A DNA stretch of 64,000 bases from Synechococcus sp. UW140 (GCA_943368345.1 CALRKY020000011.1:14251-78250), one strand, 5' to 3'; shown: positions 47,020-57,597, numbered from the stretch's first letter. Notes: generated by a model from the sequence alone, not told the origin. Program-made: numbers and translations.

Positions 47020-47025
47020 GACTGG

Positions 47026-48234
47026 TTAAAGTCCCAGCACCATCTTGGCGATGATGTTGCGCTGGATTTCGTTCGACCCGCCGTAAATGCTGGTCTTGCG
47101 CATGTTGAGATAGCCGGTGGCGGCGCGCTCGGCATATTCGGGGACCATCGGCGGCATGTTGTCGCCTTCTTCCGGAAAGCCCCGGAAATAGGGCGCGCCA
47201 TAATGGCTGACGGCCTCCAGCACCAATTCAGTGATCCGCTGCTGGATTTCGGTGCCCTTGATCTTGAGGAGCGAAGATTCCGGCCCCGGACCCTTGCCCG
47301 ACGATTCCGACGCCAAGGTGCGGAGTTCGGTATATTCCAGCGCAGTCAGGTCAATCTCCAGCTCGGCGACCTTGCGCTTGAAGAACGGGTTGGCGAGCAG
47401 CGGCTGGCCCTCGTCCAATTCAGTTGCTGCAATGGCGCGGATGCGCTCGATCCCACGCTTGGATCGGGCGACACCGGCAATACCGGTGCGTTCGTGCGCC
47501 AGCAGGAACTTGGCGCAGGTCCAGCCCTTGTTCTCGTGAAACACCCGGTTCTCAACCGGCACCTTGACGTTTTCCAACCAGACTTCGTTGACCTCATGCT
47601 CCCCGCCGAGCGTGATGATCGGGCGGACGGTCACACCGGGCGACTTCATGTCGATCAGCAGGAAGGAAATGCCCTCCTGCGCCTTCGCAGTCGGGTCGGT
47701 GCGGACCAGGAAAAAGCCCCAGTCGGCGTGCTGGGCGAGCGTCGTCCAGGTTTTCTGGCCATTGACCAGATAATAGTCCTTGCCGTCCTCGGTAATCCGC
47801 TCCGCCTTGGTGCGGACACTGGCTAGGTCAGATCCCGACCCCGGTTCCGAATAGCCCTGACACCACCAGACATTGCCGGCGAGGATATCGGGAAGATGCT
47901 TCGCCTTCTGCTCCGGTGTTCCAAAGGTGTAGATGACCGGCGCGACCATGTTGATGCCAAACGGCAACGGCGGAATGGTATCGGCGCGGGCATTTTCCTC
48001 GGACCAGATGAAGCGCTGCACCGAGGTCCAGCCCGGGCCGCCATATTCAACCGGCCAGGCGGGAGCCGACCAGCCCTTTTTGCCAAGGATTTTGTGCCAG
48101 GCGAGAAAATCTTCGCGCGACAGCTCGTCGCGGTCCATGTTCCCACCGGTCAGGTGCTGCGGGTAATTTTCGGCGATGAAGGCGCGAACCTCATCGCGGA
48201 ACGCGATATCTTCAGCGCTGAACTGGACGTCCAT
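47026..48234 (-). CDS. Acyl-CoA dehydrogenase family protein
   Basis: 402 aa with N-terminal, middle and C-terminal ACAD-like blocks (WWCQGYSEPGSGSDLA, YGGSNEIQRNIIAK). Confidence 0.88.
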   Translation of the reverse strand: MDVQFSAEDIAFRDEVRAFIAENYPQHLTGGNMDRDELSREDFLAWHKILGKKGWSAPAWPVEYGGPGWTSVQRFIWSEENARADTIPPLPFGINMVAPVIYTFGTPEQKAKHLPDILAGNVWWCQGYSEPGSGSDLASVRTKAERITEDGKDYYLVNGQKTWTTLAQHADWGFFLVRTDPTAKAQEGISFLLIDMKSPGVTVRPIITLGGEHEVNEVWLENVKVPVENRVFHENKGWTCAKFLLAHERTGIAGVARSKRGIERIRAIAATELDEGQPLLANPFFKRKVAELEIDLTALEYTELRTLASESSGKGPGPESSLLKIKGTEIQQRITELVLEAVSHYGAPYFRGFPEEGDNMPPMVPEYAERAATGYLNMRKTSIYGGSNEIQRNIIAKMVLGL

Positions 48235-48328
48235 GACGACCCTCCTTGTTAGACTGATTGCGGCCTAACACCGGGCTTGCAGCGCCTGCAAGGCACGAAA
48301 AGGGGAGGCTGTCGAACCCGCCAGTTGT

Positions 48329-51300
48329 TCAAACCGACAGAGTTGCGCGGGCCTGCGCCCCCAGATGCGCCAGCATTGCGGTGGTGACATTGGTGCTCCT
48401 GGCCCGCTTGATCGTCCCGGCCAGCCGTTCCACCCGACCTTGGTTGGCGGCCAGCCACGCCTGAACAGCGGCGACCGGCCCGGTCCCCGAAGCCGCGATC
48501 CGGCGGATGAGGTCGAGCCGCAAATGCTCGAAATCGCGCGTTAGTCCGGCAACCAGCAGCCGCTCCCACGGATCGGCTGGATGCATCTGGGCCGCAGTCC
48601 CCTTTGCCCAATCCAGCCCGAGCGCTTCGCCGAGCAGGGCATAGGCATCAACCGCCTCCCGCTCCGCCGCGCCCAAATCGGCGGCGAGCCGGGCCACGCC
48701 GACGGCACCGTCCTGCGCCTCCAGCCGGACCAGCATTTTGGCGATATCGTCCGGCGCCCCATTTTTCGCCAGTGTCTGGGCAAAGCGTTCGATTTGGGCG
48801 CGCGGTTCGGGACGAAGGATCGCATCGATCTGGTCAGCAATCCGCGCGATACCAGCGTGCAGCCGGGCGATGACCGCAGACGGCGCGATCCCGGACTCAT
48901 CGCCGCGCAGCAAATCGCCCATCTGGGTGCGCAGGCCTTCGATCGCGTGCCGGTGCAGATCGATCTGGACGGCGGCGGAGGCGGTGCTGGCGTCAATCGC
49001 CCGCCACAGGGTCCGCAGATCAAACAGTTCGCGCGCCGCGACAAAGGCCCCGGCAACCTGCGCCAGACTGGCCCCAAGCTCCTCCGCCAGTTCAAATGCC
49101 AGCGGGATACCGCCGCGATTGACAATCTGGTTGGCGAGTTTGGTGGCGATCAGCTCCCGCCGCAGTCGGTGGCCGTCGATGCTGCCGACAAAGCGTTCAA
49201 CCAGCGCATCGGGGAAGGCGGCATGCAGGTCGCCGATCAACACCGGATCATCGACCAGGGCGGAGGCGACCAGTTCGTCCTTCAGCGCCATCTTGGTATA
49301 GGCGAGCAGCACCGCAAGTTCCGGACGCTCCAGTCCCTGGCCCGCCTGCATCCGCTGGATCAGGACGTCATCCCCCGGCAACCCCTCAACCGCACGGTTG
49401 AGCCGACCGGCCGCCTCGAGGGTCTGGATCACCCGCAGCTGTGACGGCAGGGCACTGGCACCGCCTGCCTCCGCGACGGACAGCGCCTGCGTCTGCATGA
49501 TGTTGTCGCGCAGCACCAGCCGCTCGACCTCGTCGGTCATTTCCACCAGCAGGGCGTTTCGCTCGTCGAGCGTCAACGGCGTCGCGGCGAGCGCAATCTT
49601 GATGTTGACCTCATTGTCGGACGTATCGACGCCCGCCGAATTGTCGATGAAATCGGTGTTGATCCGTCCGCCCCGACGGGCAAATTCAATGCGTCCTGCC
49701 TGGGTTGTGCCAAGATTGGCCCCCTCGCCAATCACCCGGACCCTGAGGTCAGCACCGTTGATTCGGATTGCATCATTGGCCCGGTCGCCGACATCGGCGT
49801 TCGATTCCGACGCCGCCTTCACATAGGTGCCGATACCGCCAAACCAGGCAAGATCGGCCTGCGCCCTCAGGATCGCCGTCATCAGGTCGGCGGGTGAGGC
49901 GCTGTCCACGGTGAGGCCAAGCATTGCCTGAACCTGCCCCGACAGCGGAATTGATTTCTGATCACGCGGGAAGATGCCACCGCCCGCCGACAGCAGCTTG
50001 GCATCATAGTCGGCCCAGCTTGATCTTGGCAGCACGAACAGGCGTTGCCGTTCCTTGAAGCTGCGGGCGGTATCGGGGTCCGGATCGAGGAAAATGTGGC
50101 GATGGTCAAAGGCCGCAACAAGTTTCAGCGACTCCGACAGCAACATGCCATTGCCGAACACGTCACCCGACATGTCACCAACACCGATCACCCGGACCGG
50201 GTCGCGCTGCACATCGACCCCAAGTTCGCGGAAATGGCGCTGGACCGAAACCCAGGCCCCCTTCGCGGTGATGCCCATCGCCTTGTGGTCATAGCCAAAG
50301 CGCCCGCCCGACGCGAAGGCATCACCCAGCCAGAATCCGTGCGCCTCCGAAATGGCATTGGCGATATCGGAGAAGGTCGCCGTGCCCTTGTCTGCCGCCA
50401 CCACCAGATAGGGGTCAGGCGCATCATGGGCGCGCACCCCAAGCGGAGGAATGATCGAGCCGTCCGCCGCCAGATTGTCGGTGACCGACAAAAGGGCGCG
50501 AATGAAAATCCGGTAGCTTTCGGTGCCTTCCGCCAGCCAGGCATCGCGGTTCGCGGCACTCGGCAGCTGTTTGGGATAGAATCCGCCCTTGGCCCCAGTC
50601 GGCACGATCACGGCATTCTTAACCATCTGCGCCTTGACCAGCCCCAGCACCTCGGTCCGGAAATCGTCGCGGCGGTCAGACCAGCGCAGCCCGCCACGCG
50701 CAATCGGTCCGCCGCGCAAGTGGATGCCCTCGACGCGCGGGGAATAGACCCAGATTTCACGGTAGGGCACCGGCGGCGGCAGGTTGGGGACCTTGTGCGA
50801 TTCAAACTTGAACGCCAGCGCCTCCGCCCCGCCGGGGGCATAGGCATTGGTGCGCAGCGTTGCGGTGATGACCGAGCGGTACAGGCGGAGAATACGATCA
50901 TCATCAATGGCGGTGACCGCTGCGAGCCCGGTTTCGATCCGTTGCAAAACGGCGTCGGCATCGACGGTTCCAGCGGGATCAAACCGCGCCTCAAACAGCG
51001 CTACAAGGTCAGCCGCAATGGCCGGATAGCGGCGGAGCGCATCAACGACGGTCGCCAACCCATAAGTGACGCCGGTTTGGCGCAGATAGCGGAAATAGGC
51101 CCGCAGCAGCCCGACCGCACGGGCATCGAGGCCAGCCCCCATGACGAGGGCGTTGAACAGGTCATTTTCCTGCGCACCCGTCAAAACACTGCGGAGCGCT
51201 GGTTCGACGCGGGCTTCGAGCGCTGCAAGGTCCAGCGACGCGGATTCGGCGGCATCGAGCAGGAAGTCGTGGATATGCCCCAGCTTGCCGCCACCCAGGT

Positions 51301-53023
51301 CAAACGGGAATTCCTCGATAACCCGGAAGCCGAAATTCTCCAGCACCGGCACCGCCTCCGACAGGGCGATGATCGGCCCATTGCGGTAGATTTTGAGGCG
51401 TAACTGTCCCGGTGCGTCACCGTCGTAACGGTAGAGATTGACGTCCCGCGCCTTGGCATCGGGAAGCGCTGCCATCCGGAGAATATCATCCGCGGCATCG
51501 CCCGCAGTAAACTGCGCCTGATAGCTGGCTGAAAAGGCATGGCCGTAGCTGAGCGTCAGGCGGGCCGCGCGCTGCGCCCCCGACAGTTCGGCGAGAGCGG
51601 TTTCCAGACTGTCCCCCCAACCGCGCACCAACGCGGTCAGCCGCTGATCCAGATCGGCCTCGTCCACGTCCGGAACGCTGCCGGGACGCGTGGTCAGGGT
51701 ATAGTGGACCCGGGCCAGCCCTTCACCGCGCAATTCGACCTCATAGCCTGCCAGCTTGGCATCAAAGGCCCGCTCCAGCATCGCCCCGGCATTCTCCCGG
51801 ATACCGCCGGTATAATCGTCGCGTGGAACATAAACGAGCGCCGACACGAACCTGCCAAAGGCGTCGCCACGGACAAACAGCTTCGGGCGCGGGCGGTCGA
51901 GCAGCGAGAGTAACCCCAGTGCAACTTCGCACAGCCGGTCAACGCCCACCTGCAACAGCTCGTCCTTCGGCAGCGTGTCGAGGATGTGCGCCAACGCTTT
52001 CCCGGCGTGGCCGCTTGGGGCAAAGCCCAGCCGGTCGCTGACTTCGGCCACCTTGCGCCGCAGGATCGGGATTTCTCGCGGGGCCGCAACCAGCGCTTGG
52101 CTGGTATAAAGTCCAATGAACCGGTGCTCCCCAACTACCTGACCGGAGCGGTCAAAGCGTTTGACGCCGATATAGTCGAGCGCGGCGCGGCGGTGGACGG
52201 TCGACAGCGCACTGGCTTTGGTGACCAGCAACGGCTGCGGCCCGGCCATGAACTGGCGCAACCCGTCCGGCAGGACCTCCATCGCATCCGCGCCTTGCCA
52301 CAGCGCAAAATGCGGGTTGCGCAGCAGGCCAAGGCCGCGATCTCCCTCGGGCACGAACTGCGCATCGGCCTGAACGGCATCGAAGCTATAGGCATGATAA
52401 CCGAGCAGCGTGAAATTGTCGGCGGCGAGCCATTCCAGAAAGGCCGCAGCCTCGCCAATTTCGTGCGGGGCCAGCGGTGGCGGATTGTCCCGCAAATCCT
52501 TGCCAGCCGCCTTCATCGCCGACAACATCGTCGGCCAGTCGGTCACCGCCGCGCGGACGTCGGCGAGCACGTGGGTCAATTGGTCGACCAGGTCCGCCCG
52601 CGCCCGGGCATTGGCGCGCGACAATTCGATGTAGATGAGCGACTCTCGGCGGTCGCCCGACCCGATGGCCGTCAGTCGGCCGTCCGCATCACGCGACACC
52701 ACGGCGGTCGGGTGCAGCAACCGCTCGATCCGGAGGCCGGTTGCACCGATGACGGCCGAGACCGAGTCGACCAGAAACGGCATGTCGTCATTCACGATGG
52801 CCAGCGCCATGATCCGGCGGCCGGGCGCACTGTCGAGGCTTTCCAGCCGGATCACCGGAGCGGACCCTGCCCGCACTGCCGCTGCGCCCCGGACGAACCC
52901 GGCGATGCGGCTGGAAATCTCGGCCGTCAGCCCGGTCATCTCTCCCGGCAGAGCACCGTCAAAGATCGCCTGCGCGAATTCATCCGGGCGTTCGCCCGAG
53001 GTCGCAACCGGGTTCGCCGACAT
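48329..53023 (-). CDS. gdhB: Large NAD-specific glutamate dehydrogenase (about 1560 aa, GdhB type)
   Basis: The size and characteristic blocks (..PDPYLVVAADKGTATFSD.., ..FIDNSAGVDTSD..) fit this type. The start is preferred at ATG 53023 (GGAGG 9 nt upstream). The track start is 53050. Confidence 0.9.
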   Translation of the reverse strand: MSANPVATSGERPDEFAQAIFDGALPGEMTGLTAEISSRIAGFVRGAAAVRAGSAPVIRLESLDSAPGRRIMALAIVNDDMPFLVDSVSAVIGATGLRIERLLHPTAVVSRDADGRLTAIGSGDRRESLIYIELSRANARARADLVDQLTHVLADVRAAVTDWPTMLSAMKAAGKDLRDNPPPLAPHEIGEAAAFLEWLAADNFTLLGYHAYSFDAVQADAQFVPEGDRGLGLLRNPHFALWQGADAMEVLPDGLRQFMAGPQPLLVTKASALSTVHRRAALDYIGVKRFDRSGQVVGEHRFIGLYTSQALVAAPREIPILRRKVAEVSDRLGFAPSGHAGKALAHILDTLPKDELLQVGVDRLCEVALGLLSLLDRPRPKLFVRGDAFGRFVSALVYVPRDDYTGGIRENAGAMLERAFDAKLAGYEVELRGEGLARVHYTLTTRPGSVPDVDEADLDQRLTALVRGWGDSLETALAELSGAQRAARLTLSYGHAFSASYQAQFTAGDAADDILRMAALPDAKARDVNLYRYDGDAPGQLRLKIYRNGPIIALSEAVPVLENFGFRVIEEFPFDLGGGKLGHIHDFLLDAAESASLDLAALEARVEPALRSVLTGAQENDLFNALVMGAGLDARAVGLLRAYFRYLRQTGVTYGLATVVDALRRYPAIAADLVALFEARFDPAGTVDADAVLQRIETGLAAVTAIDDDRILRLYRSVITATLRTNAYAPGGAEALAFKFESHKVPNLPPPVPYREIWVYSPRVEGIHLRGGPIARGGLRWSDRRDDFRTEVLGLVKAQMVKNAVIVPTGAKGGFYPKQLPSAANRDAWLAEGTESYRIFIRALLSVTDNLAADGSIIPPLGVRAHDAPDPYLVVAADKGTATFSDIANAISEAHGFWLGDAFASGGRFGYDHKAMGITAKGAWVSVQRHFRELGVDVQRDPVRVIGVGDMSGDVFGNGMLLSESLKLVAAFDHRHIFLDPDPDTARSFKERQRLFVLPRSSWADYDAKLLSAGGGIFPRDQKSIPLSGQVQAMLGLTVDSASPADLMTAILRAQADLAWFGGIGTYVKAASESNADVGDRANDAIRINGADLRVRVIGEGANLGTTQAGRIEFARRGGRINTDFIDNSAGVDTSDNEVNIKIALAATPLTLDERNALLVEMTDEVERLVLRDNIMQTQALSVAEAGGASALPSQLRVIQTLEAAGRLNRAVEGLPGDDVLIQRMQAGQGLERPELAVLLAYTKMALKDELVASALVDDPVLIGDLHAAFPDALVERFVGSIDGHRLRRELIATKLANQIVNRGGIPLAFELAEELGASLAQVAGAFVAARELFDLRTLWRAIDASTASAAVQIDLHRHAIEGLRTQMGDLLRGDESGIAPSAVIARLHAGIARIADQIDAILRPEPRAQIERFAQTLAKNGAPDDIAKMLVRLEAQDGAVGVARLAADLGAAEREAVDAYALLGEALGLDWAKGTAAQMHPADPWERLLVAGLTRDFEHLRLDLIRRIAASGTGPVAAVQAWLAANQGRVERLAGTIKRARSTNVTTAMLAHLGAQARATLSV

Positions 53024-53075
53024 GCGCCAAGCACCTCCGAAAATGCCCATTTGATCTGGGCTGATTGACCTTGGC

Positions 53076-54281
53076 TTATGCGGCTTGGCTCAATCCCGGG
53101 CAAGAGGCCGAACCGAGCCTGCCGAGCGCAATATCGAGCAAATTTCTTGCATTTGGCACCGATTCGACGACGGAAACCGTGCCATCTGCCTCCCGGCGGG
53201 CAATCAACAGGACAAATTCATCATTGCCGTCCGGAATCGCAATTGTGCCGATTCCCGGGGCCATGCGCAGTTTCGACCGGATTTCCATCTTCCGGCTGGT
53301 GCCGGTGCGGGTCTTGCGGGCGGTCCGCGCCAGTCGTTCGGCTGCAACCAGGGTTTTCAATCCGCCCGCCGCTTCGATGAACGCCGGGAACCCGCCGGTT
53401 CCAACGCCTGCGCGTGCGGCGACCGACAGGGCCGCGGTGAAATCGGCAATCCGATTTTTTCCCAGCCCATCGCCAAAAACCTGCCGGATTACCTGCCCCG
53501 CCGGAACGTTGGGCGGCAGTTTCAGCCGCGACTCCACCGCCAGCCAGTCATGCTCGCCCGGTTCAGCCATCCCTGCCAGATAAAGCTCATAGGCGGCCGC
53601 CAGCGCGCGGTGCAGGGCAGCAGCGGATCGCTGATCGGCCTGCTCAAAAACGCCTGCCGCCGACCGGGCCGCAGCGAGTCGCCGACCGACACCGATGACC
53701 GGCAAATTGACATTCTCAACCGATGCCAGCTCGCGAACGATCGCCGCCGTCAGGTCGCGATCGGCCATTTCCTTCCAGTTGATGACGCCGAACACATAGT
53801 CGATCGAACAGCCGTTCGATGACAAGGGCATCAGGATGCCCCGGTACAGGGTCTGCACCCCGCGCAGCGACACGAACTCCGCCTCAAATCCAATCGGCGC
53901 GCGGTTGGCTAGAATCTCGTGAAAATGATCGGTCAGCCGGGAGATGAGCGAGCGGGCCGGGACATCATCAACACGCAAGTCAAAGCCGTTCAGACCGCAT
54001 TCCCGCCGCAGCTGGGTCCCGACAAATTTGAGACGCGGGGCATTTGGGTCGGCGGAAAAGTCGAGCAATATGCTGGTCGGCCCGAAATCCTCCAGACTCG
54101 CCGGGTGCAGTTCCGCGACACTGGGAAATGCCCGGCCTTTCAACAGGCCGGACCAATATTGATGCGCCCGGGCATGCATCCGGCGCTCATCGGCTTCGCC
54201 AAAGCGGGGCGGAACATCAAAGCCGGTTGCTGGTCCCCGCACCTGAAGCCGTCCGTCCATTGCACCCTCCCAGACCCGCAT
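53076..54281 (-). CDS. Hypothetical protein: N-terminal PAS-like (PAS_5/DUF1457-type) domain plus a C-terminal half of about 220 aa with no recognisable motif
   Basis: The N-terminal part (YWSGLLKGRAFPSVAELHP...FVGTQLRRECG...YRGILMPLS) resembles the alphaproteobacterial PAS_5 family. I cannot assign the remainder. Confidence 0.5.
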   Translation of the reverse strand: MRVWEGAMDGRLQVRGPATGFDVPPRFGEADERRMHARAHQYWSGLLKGRAFPSVAELHPASLEDFGPTSILLDFSADPNAPRLKFVGTQLRRECGLNGFDLRVDDVPARSLISRLTDHFHEILANRAPIGFEAEFVSLRGVQTLYRGILMPLSSNGCSIDYVFGVINWKEMADRDLTAAIVRELASVENVNLPVIGVGRRLAAARSAAGVFEQADQRSAAALHRALAAAYELYLAGMAEPGEHDWLAVESRLKLPPNVPAGQVIRQVFGDGLGKNRIADFTAALSVAARAGVGTGGFPAFIEAAGGLKTLVAAERLARTARKTRTGTSRKMEIRSKLRMAPGIGTIAIPDGNDEFVLLIARREADGTVSVVESVPNARNLLDIALGRLGSASCPGLSQAA

Positions 54282-54425
54282 CGATAGGCTTCGGCGGGTT
54301 GCAAGGGAGTTAACGGCGGGCAGCCCGGAACATTGCTTCGATGGTGTGCGAAATCAGCAGCCGCAGCGGACTTGCAGGTGACCGGTTGGACGCCTACCTC
54401 AGCAGTCTGATTTTCTTAGGGGGGA

Positions 54426-56357
54426 ATGGCAATGCGTGCGGCAGCTTTTGTTCTGGCAGGTCTGATGGCTTCAACCGCGATGGCGCAGGGTGCCGCGTCG
54501 GTCGTGGTACCGCCTGCGGCCCTGGTCATCGACAATCTGCCACCGGTCCCGACGGCGCTTGCCGCCTCGACCCGGCCCTATCTTGAATTCCGCACGGCGT
54601 CCTTCCTCGGCTGGGACCCGGCGACACGCGCAGCGCTGATCGCGACACGTTTTGGCAACAGCGCCCAGCTTCACCGGGTCGCGGCCCCCGGCGCTGCCCG
54701 CACCCAGACCAGTTTCGAGGCGGAACCACTGGCCAACGCCAGCTATTCGCGCGGCAAGGGCGATGTCCTGTTGGCGCAAAAGGATGTCGGCGGTGATGAA
54801 TTCTTCCAGCTTTACCGGCTGGAGAAGGGCCAGTTGACCCTGCTGACTGATGGCAAGAGCCGCAATTCTGCGGGCGCATGGAGCAAGGACGGGCGGTTCG
54901 TCGCCTATTCCTCGACCCGCCGCAATGGCACCGACAGCGACCTTTACATCATGGATCCGCGCGATCCCAAAACCGACCGGATGGTGGCGCAGGTCGCCGG
55001 TGGCGGCTGGCAGATCGTCGACTTCTCCCCCGACGGGACCAAGGCTCTGGTTGGCCATTATCTGTCGGTCGAACGGTCGGAATTGTTCGAAATGGACGTA
55101 GCAACCGGCAGCATGAAGCGCCTGACGCCGGAGGGCGAGAAGGCAGCCTTTGGCGGTGGAAAATATGGGCCGGACGGTACGTTATACGTAACCACCGACC
55201 GGGGCAGCGACTTCGCCCGCCTCGGCACCCTTGCGGCTGATGGCAAGTTCAAGCCGCTCAACCCTGAAACCAACTGGGATGTCGACAGCTTCGACATTGC
55301 CGAAGATGGCAGCTTCATCGCCTATGTGGTGAACGAGGCCGGTGCATCGAAACTGCGGCTGATCGATGCCAAAACCGGCGCGTCGATGGGCGAGGCCAAA
55401 TTGCCGTCCGGCGTCATTGGCGGCATCGAGGTAGCACCTTGGGGCACGATCGGCTTTTCGATGAGCAGCGCCACGTCGCCAGCCGATATCTGGGCGCTCG
55501 ACCCGAAAACCATGGCGGTAACGCGGTGGACCCAGAGCGAAACCGGCGGGCTGGATGCGTCGGCCAACCGCGAACCGGAACTGATTAAGGTCAAAAGCTT
55601 TGACGGAGTTGAGGTGTCGGGATTTCTCTATCGGCCCGATCCGGCGAAATTTTCCGGCAAACGCCCGGTGATTTTCAGCATTCACGGCGGGCCAGAGGGG
55701 CAGTCGCGGCCCGGGTTTCAGGGGCGCGGCAATTATCTGATCAATGAACTTGGCATCGCCATTTTCTACCCCAATGTCCGGGGATCGACCGGCTACGGCA
55801 AGAAGTTCGTCGGGCTCGACAATGGGCCGTTCAAGCGGGAGGACTCGGTCAAGGATCTTGGCCCGATGCTGGATGTTCTGGCCAAGGACGCCGGGCTTGA
55901 TGCCAGCCGCTTCTCGGTCTCCGGCGGCAGCTACGGCGGCTATATGTGCTATGCGGCGGCGATCCGCTTTGCCGCCCAGCTTCGCAGCGCCCAGTGCACC
56001 GTGGCGATCTCCAATTTCGTGACTTTCCTTGAGAATACCCAAAGCTATCGACGGGACCTGCGCCGCGTCGAATATGGCGACGAGCGGGATGCCAAACAGC
56101 GGGCCCAGCTGCTGAAAATTTCGCCGATGACCCGGTCAACCGAGCTGAAAATGCCGCTATTCGTGGTGACCGGCGGCAATGATCCACGCGTCCCGGCGTC
56201 AGAGGCAAGCCAGATGGTCGACGCGGTGCGCAAGAACGGCGGCACCGCCTGGCACCTCCTCGCCAAAAACGAAGGCCACGGCTTCGCCAAGAAGGAAAAC
56301 CAGGACTATAATTTCTGGTCTACCCTGCAATTCTGGCAAACGACCCTGCTGAAATAG
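54426..56357 (+). CDS. Secreted S9-family serine peptidase (beta-propeller plus alpha/beta-hydrolase)
   Basis: Signal peptide ..ASTAMA|Q, propeller-like repeats (DGRFVAYSS, DGTKALV, DGSFIAYV), the nucleophile motif SGGSYGGYM, and ..GGNDPRV.. and ..NEGHGF.. for Asp and His. Confidence 0.88.
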   Translation: MAMRAAAFVLAGLMASTAMAQGAASVVVPPAALVIDNLPPVPTALAASTRPYLEFRTASFLGWDPATRAALIATRFGNSAQLHRVAAPGAARTQTSFEAEPLANASYSRGKGDVLLAQKDVGGDEFFQLYRLEKGQLTLLTDGKSRNSAGAWSKDGRFVAYSSTRRNGTDSDLYIMDPRDPKTDRMVAQVAGGGWQIVDFSPDGTKALVGHYLSVERSELFEMDVATGSMKRLTPEGEKAAFGGGKYGPDGTLYVTTDRGSDFARLGTLAADGKFKPLNPETNWDVDSFDIAEDGSFIAYVVNEAGASKLRLIDAKTGASMGEAKLPSGVIGGIEVAPWGTIGFSMSSATSPADIWALDPKTMAVTRWTQSETGGLDASANREPELIKVKSFDGVEVSGFLYRPDPAKFSGKRPVIFSIHGGPEGQSRPGFQGRGNYLINELGIAIFYPNVRGSTGYGKKFVGLDNGPFKREDSVKDLGPMLDVLAKDAGLDASRFSVSGGSYGGYMCYAAAIRFAAQLRSAQCTVAISNFVTFLENTQSYRRDLRRVEYGDERDAKQRAQLLKISPMTRSTELKMPLFVVTGGNDPRVPASEASQMVDAVRKNGGTAWHLLAKNEGHGFAKKENQDYNFWSTLQFWQTTLLK

Positions 56358-56367
56358 GGTCGGCAGC

Positions 56368-57597
56368 TCAATCGTAGCGCAGCGCCTCAATCGGAATGAG
56401 GCGGCTGGCGCGGCGGGCGGGGTAGAAGCCGAAGATCAGGCCGATGGCGGCGGAGAACAGCACCGACAGGATCACCACCTGCGGGGCGACCGTCACCGTC
56501 CAGCCGGCAAAGGTCGCGATGGCAAAGCAGAGCGGCAGCGCCAGGGCGATGCCGATGATGCCGCCGAGCACCGACAGCATCGCCGCCTCGGTCAGGAATT
56601 GCAGCAAGATGTCGCCGGGGCGGGCGCCGACGGCCATACGCAGGCCGATTTCGCGGGTACGCTCGGTCACCGATACCAGCATGATGTTCATAATGCCGAT
56701 CCCGCCGACCACCAGCGCCACGCTGGCGATGGAGGACAGCAGCGCGGTCATCACGCCGGTGGTCGCGGTGCTGAGCGCCAGCAGCTCCGACAGGTTTCGC
56801 AAATTATAGCTGGCCGCCTCGTCGGGTGCGAGGCGCTGCCGTTCGTGCATCAGCGCGTCAACGTCGCGCTGCACCTGCGCCAGCGCCGACCCGGACGAGG
56901 CCTTGATGATGATCTGGTTGACCTCGCCGGGGGCCCGATTGCTTCCCCCCAGCAGCCGCGACTGGGCAGTTTTGAGCGGTACCACCACGACATCATCCTG
57001 ATCCTGCCCGAGCATATTCTGGCCCTTGGGCGTCAGCACGCCGATTACCGTCAAGGGGATGCGGTTGGCGCGAATTGTCCGGCCAAGCGGCGACGCGCCG
57101 GAGAAAAGCTGCTTGGCGACGGTCTGGCCGATAACGGCCACCTTGCCGCCGCCCCGCTGTTCGGAGGCAGTGAAGATGCGGCCATCGGCCAGGCTCCAGT
57201 CCCGGGCGATGATGATTTCGGTGGTGGTGCCGATGATCTGGCTCGACCAGTTGGCCCCGTCCGCCACCAGTTGGCCGCCGCCCTGCCGCACCGGTACCGA
57301 CACCGTGACGCCGGACACCTGCTTGCCGATGGCGAGCGCGTCGCGTTCGGTCAGCGGGGTGCCACCGCCACTGGTTCGCACCGGACCGTTGCGGCCGAAG
57401 CCGGGGGTCAGCATCAGAATATTGGTCCCGAGCGCCTTCACCTGCTGGCTGATCTGCTGTTTGGCGCCGGCCCCGATGGACACCATCGTGACGACCGACA
57501 GCACGCCGATAATGACGCCGAGCATCGTCAGGATGGAGCGCAGCTTGTGGGCGCGGAGCGAGCCAAGCGCGAGGCGGGTGGCGGCGGTGATCTGCAT
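56368..57597 (-). CDS. ABC transporter permease, MacB/FtsX type
   Basis: 409 aa: one TM span, a large periplasmic domain, then a three-TM FtsX C-terminus. There is a 1-nt overlap with the ATPase gene. Confidence 0.85.
   Translation of the reverse strand: MQITAATRLALGSLRAHKLRSILTMLGVIIGVLSVVTMVSIGAGAKQQISQQVKALGTNILMLTPGFGRNGPVRTSGGGTPLTERDALAIGKQVSGVTVSVPVRQGGGQLVADGANWSSQIIGTTTEIIIARDWSLADGRIFTASEQRGGGKVAVIGQTVAKQLFSGASPLGRTIRANRIPLTVIGVLTPKGQNMLGQDQDDVVVVPLKTAQSRLLGGSNRAPGEVNQIIIKASSGSALAQVQRDVDALMHERQRLAPDEAASYNLRNLSELLALSTATTGVMTALLSSIASVALVVGGIGIMNIMLVSVTERTREIGLRMAVGARPGDILLQFLTEAAMLSVLGGIIGIALALPLCFAIATFAGWTVTVAPQVVILSVLFSAAIGLIFGFYPARRASRLIPIEALRYD

Noticed and set aside
50045-53068. 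452-aa and 360-aa plus-strand ORFs opposite the giant GDH gene
   Set aside because: Both are antisense to the 1560-aa GDH. Such antisense ORFs of this gene are a known annotation artefact in high-GC genomes, and no independent signals such as an RBS or motifs are present.
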